Source: Lobosporangium transversale (lineage: Eukaryota). Taken from it: a stretch of DNA of 64,000 bases. Shown here piece after piece: positions 60,543 through 64,000 of this stretch (the stretch's first letter is position 1; every line of letters begins with the position of its first letter). The DNA lies in assembly GCF_002105155.1 (NCBI RefSeq), contig NW_019029000.1, positions 310,001-374,000 of the forward strand, given 5' to 3'. The notes under the pieces were generated by a model that saw only the letters and a program-made list of their open reading frames with translations, searched no databases and was not told where the DNA came from. The translations under genes were made by a program, and so were the position numbers.

Positions 60543-62449
60543 ATTTATGTATTAATGTGACGGTGTGGTGTATGTGGGTAGTATACAGATGGGAATGATG
60601 AGATGATGCTAGATGTGAAATGAAGATGAACAATGCAAAGAAAAAAAAAGAAAAAAAGAACTCGATCGAGGGGTTTTTAAAAAGTTTAGAAAAAAAAGTT
60701 TAGGTGAAATGGCTCCTTTCTACAGATAGCTCCCTCTAATTGCAAATGGCTCCCGCACGCATTTTCTGAATGTGACGTCTTGTTCTTTGTGCTTCTAAAG
60801 AGTTCCTTTATGTTCCATGCGGGCGCATAACTGCACATCAAGCTAGAAGTTGAGTACAAAAAATGTGATCTGCAAAAAAAAAACCTTCCCCGTCTATCAA
60901 AGCCTGAACTGTAAAACAATAAGCTTTTGATCTCTGCTCTGTGCCCATTAAAGCCTGAGGAAAGAGACAGCAATATACTAAAACAGAACAACTCGAATAA
61001 AACTGAAAAAAAAAGATGGAAGGGTTGCTTTTTTATCTTTATCTTTCTACGACACTCTATATCCTTTAAGACCAAGTTTTCTGTTGAACCTGAAGAACAA
61101 TAAAATAAAGAGTTTAGTCCTTGTAATAGATGTAATAGATCAACTGTGTGACCCACATGCAAGGGTAATTTTTTTGTCGATCTCAGTTGTGAGCTTTTTT
61201 AATGGATTTTGGACCACATCTTTATTTGCTTATAGTAAACTGTCAGGTGAAAAAAATAAAATAAAAAAGCAAATAGCATGCCAACATGCTTATATGCCGT
61301 CATTTCAAGTTTGCCTCTCATCTAAATTGCCACCAGTCCATATGGTGGCTGCAGGGAAAGATAAGGCGCTGTTCGAGGAAATTGATCTTGAGTTTGATTA
61401 GATCCCATGGGCGTAAATAATGAACAAGCGAACATTATACTAAACCTTTCCTGGATTGGATGCACAGAGGTTGATATGTGCTGAATAAGGAATCGAAGCC
61501 ACATGCATGGCTGCCAATAGAAAGCTTTATTCAGAACCTTCTACTCGTTCCTTATGCTCTCATTGTAGGCTTGTTTCTTGGAATGACCCTCGAGAAGCTT
61601 AGGACCCTGACTTACTATAAATACTGAAGAGTGAAGAATCATTAGAGACTCTACAAATATGCTTCTAGTTTGTCATATTATTGCTATCCTCCATGGTTTT
61701 GTAACAAGCATTTCATCAACTGATGTGGACGAGTGTGAAGTCAATTAACATTAAAGAGAGTATTGTAGAAAAGCCTCGCCCATGTTCATAACACCAGATT
61801 TCCTTACTTACTTTCCACCTCTGGTGCTGCGAATCCCAAGGTTCTGCTAACCATTCTTTTCACCGTAACCTGCAAAAGCAAAAGAGAATACTGTCGAGCC
61901 CATAAAGCCTAGCGCCTTCTATCCTTGGTGCAATACATTGAGCATTAGAAGCCACGCTCTTTACGGGACAAGTCATTACGCGCCTCGCATCCAATCCTTA
62001 TTGTCTTGTGCATCTCTTTTATCATTTTGCTGCAGTTTTTCCCTTGTTCGCCTTTCAATCTTTTTCACATTCTTGTACGTATTGTATGTGGAATATACAT
62101 GAGTATTATAGCTCTTGTTGTGGAGAGGTTCATCATGGATGTGATCGAGTGCAGAAAGCCTTTAAAACTAGAAGTATCACATCAGTCCTTTCTTTAGTAT
62201 TTTTTTAACGCTTACGGTATCATTAGGGCTTCATTCAATATGCATTCTTCTTCTTGATATCCATCCCACTCTTATTCGGGCTTTGTATCATACAATGAAC
62301 TAGCATTTAGTTGTAACAATTGCACGACTAATTAATACCCGGGAGAACAATGAAATGACTTGTTGCTTCTAAGGTTTTTCATTACTGACTCCACAATCTC
62401 CTGAGACTGGTGTTTGCCGCCTTGGTTTCAAACACAGAAATACTATTTG

Positions 62450-64000
62450 GCAATCCTTGTTCTGATAGTTTTTATACTGGATTGAATTGAAATAAAGGTA
62501 GGCTTTGCGGTTCTATACATAGGTGTTGTGGAGGATAAAGGGCTATTCTGGCCTCTGGCGGTCAATCTTGGTCTTTTGCAGGCCCAACTCTCCACTGACC
62601 AAACAATATCGCTTAGTTTTTGATGCTAAGAGATGTCTGAGTAGTAAATGAGTATACAGTGCTACATATACTACTAGGGTAACTTACATTCTTGTAGCAC
62701 CAGCAGTCGGAAGCAACTGAATATGTGTACCCACTTGGCAACGTACCCCAATTCGGAAAATGAACTGTTCCAGTTATCCAAGTCGGTTTGGGTACATCTA
62801 CATAGTGCAGTAGGATAGACAAGAACTACTAATAGGCTTAAGGTCAGCAGCATTAAAACTGCCGATAGCAACAACCTTAAGATATTACAGGTACCCGACC
62901 ATGTTGGTCGGTTTGAGCGATCACTGAATTCAGTTCATTTTTCGAGACCTGCAGCTGTTCTCGCCGACTGGATGTTTTCAATTTTTTGAGATCCGAGCTT
63001 GGCCTCATTGCTATGATCTCATCTTTGAGATATTCAGTATCTTCTGGCGGAGTTTACACATCCTCGTCTGCACAGGGTATTGATCTGAGCTCCTTGAAGT
63101 TTCCCACACCACCATCTATGGCACTAGCCAGACTAGATAGCATAGCTGTATGTATGATTGATGATGCCAATTAAAAAAAAGAAATGAATAATGAGGTACG
63201 CGTTCAATAAAGGAGTGGTATGACGCGAAATCCCACGTGAAAAGTTGTTTATCTTGGTATCCTGGGTAAACAGCTCATGGATGCTGATAATAGGTGGAGT
63301 AGAGGCGGTTGTAATGAAATGGATAGCATGGTGCTTCAGTCCTTCTTTGAACAAGAAAGTACACGGCGCAAAAAAATTGTGTCGTTCCTCTGAACTTATT
63401 GGAATAAACGCGAGGAAAGTATTATCTTCAATCCCTTTCTTTTATTTTCTCCGTACATTAATTAACAGCTTGAAAAAGCTTCCATGCCCAAAAGCTTAGA
63501 TACCAAGGGCAAAATCACCACCTTTGAGATGCACTCCGCAGGTATGGAAGCGGTGTACCCAGATAAGCAATCACCAGTTGCAGAGTATTATCAAGATATT
63601 TCAAGAATAGGGGGCTCCGACTCCAGGTGCTGAATTAATGGAATGTCAGGAGTTACTCTTAAAGGTATCACCAACCAACTGCCGATAAAATAAGTGAAAG
63701 AGAATAGCTGCTGAGGCTCTGCATTAGGAGGTCAAGGATGCTTAATGAACTACGTCCGCATTTGTCTAGTCCAATAATGAAGACCTTTTTATACTAACTC
63801 TATGAAGATGCAGTGCCGTGAGCATGTCCTTTTGCATCATCTAAAAGTAGTGTCAATAAATAAAGCCTTTGTTAATTAAAAGAACATAGGTGCAGAAACA
63901 CGTCCTGTCTTTGGATACAACAACGACTTCTGATTCCAACGCCGGTTTATTGTCTTCGACGAAGGAAACAGCCAGTGCATTTCCTTGTCCGGACTTCGAG
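62450..64000 (-). pseudogene. Possible decayed gene or element remnant
   Basis: Coding-like composition with few homopolymer tracts, short interrupted frames on the - strand and a few splice-like sites. No family recognised. Confidence 0.2.

Overview
Intron-rich fungal nuclear DNA with short GT-AG introns and many long poly-A/poly-T tracts. Gene style suggests an early-diverging fungus of the Mortierellaceae/Mucoromycota type (inference, not verified). Genes in order: 3' end of ATP synthase beta, acyl-CoA oxidase, an SDR, AP-2 alpha adaptin, two tandem MFS transporters, a low-complexity hypothetical protein, UTP18, IRE1 and a forkhead transcription factor. An approximately 11 kb gene-free interval follows, then mitochondrial GrpE, COX23, a multi-exon PD-(D/E)XK-like gene, a CFEM-like secreted protein, a stand-alone intronless RNase H and HSP110/SSE1. 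The most unusual sequence is at 53.1-54.5 kb, just upstream of the nuclease-like gene: a 21-nt core repeated five times, each copy followed by a sequence-variable stem-loop, inside a tandem duplication and a long inverted repeat. A second, unrelated foldback lies at 46.4-47.4 kb. Other points of interest are gene-conversion tracts and a GC-AG intron in the MFS pair, and a PTS2, a C-terminal CXC and a candidate intronic H/ACA RNA in the acyl-CoA oxidase. Exon boundaries and alignments were read by eye and no searches were run.
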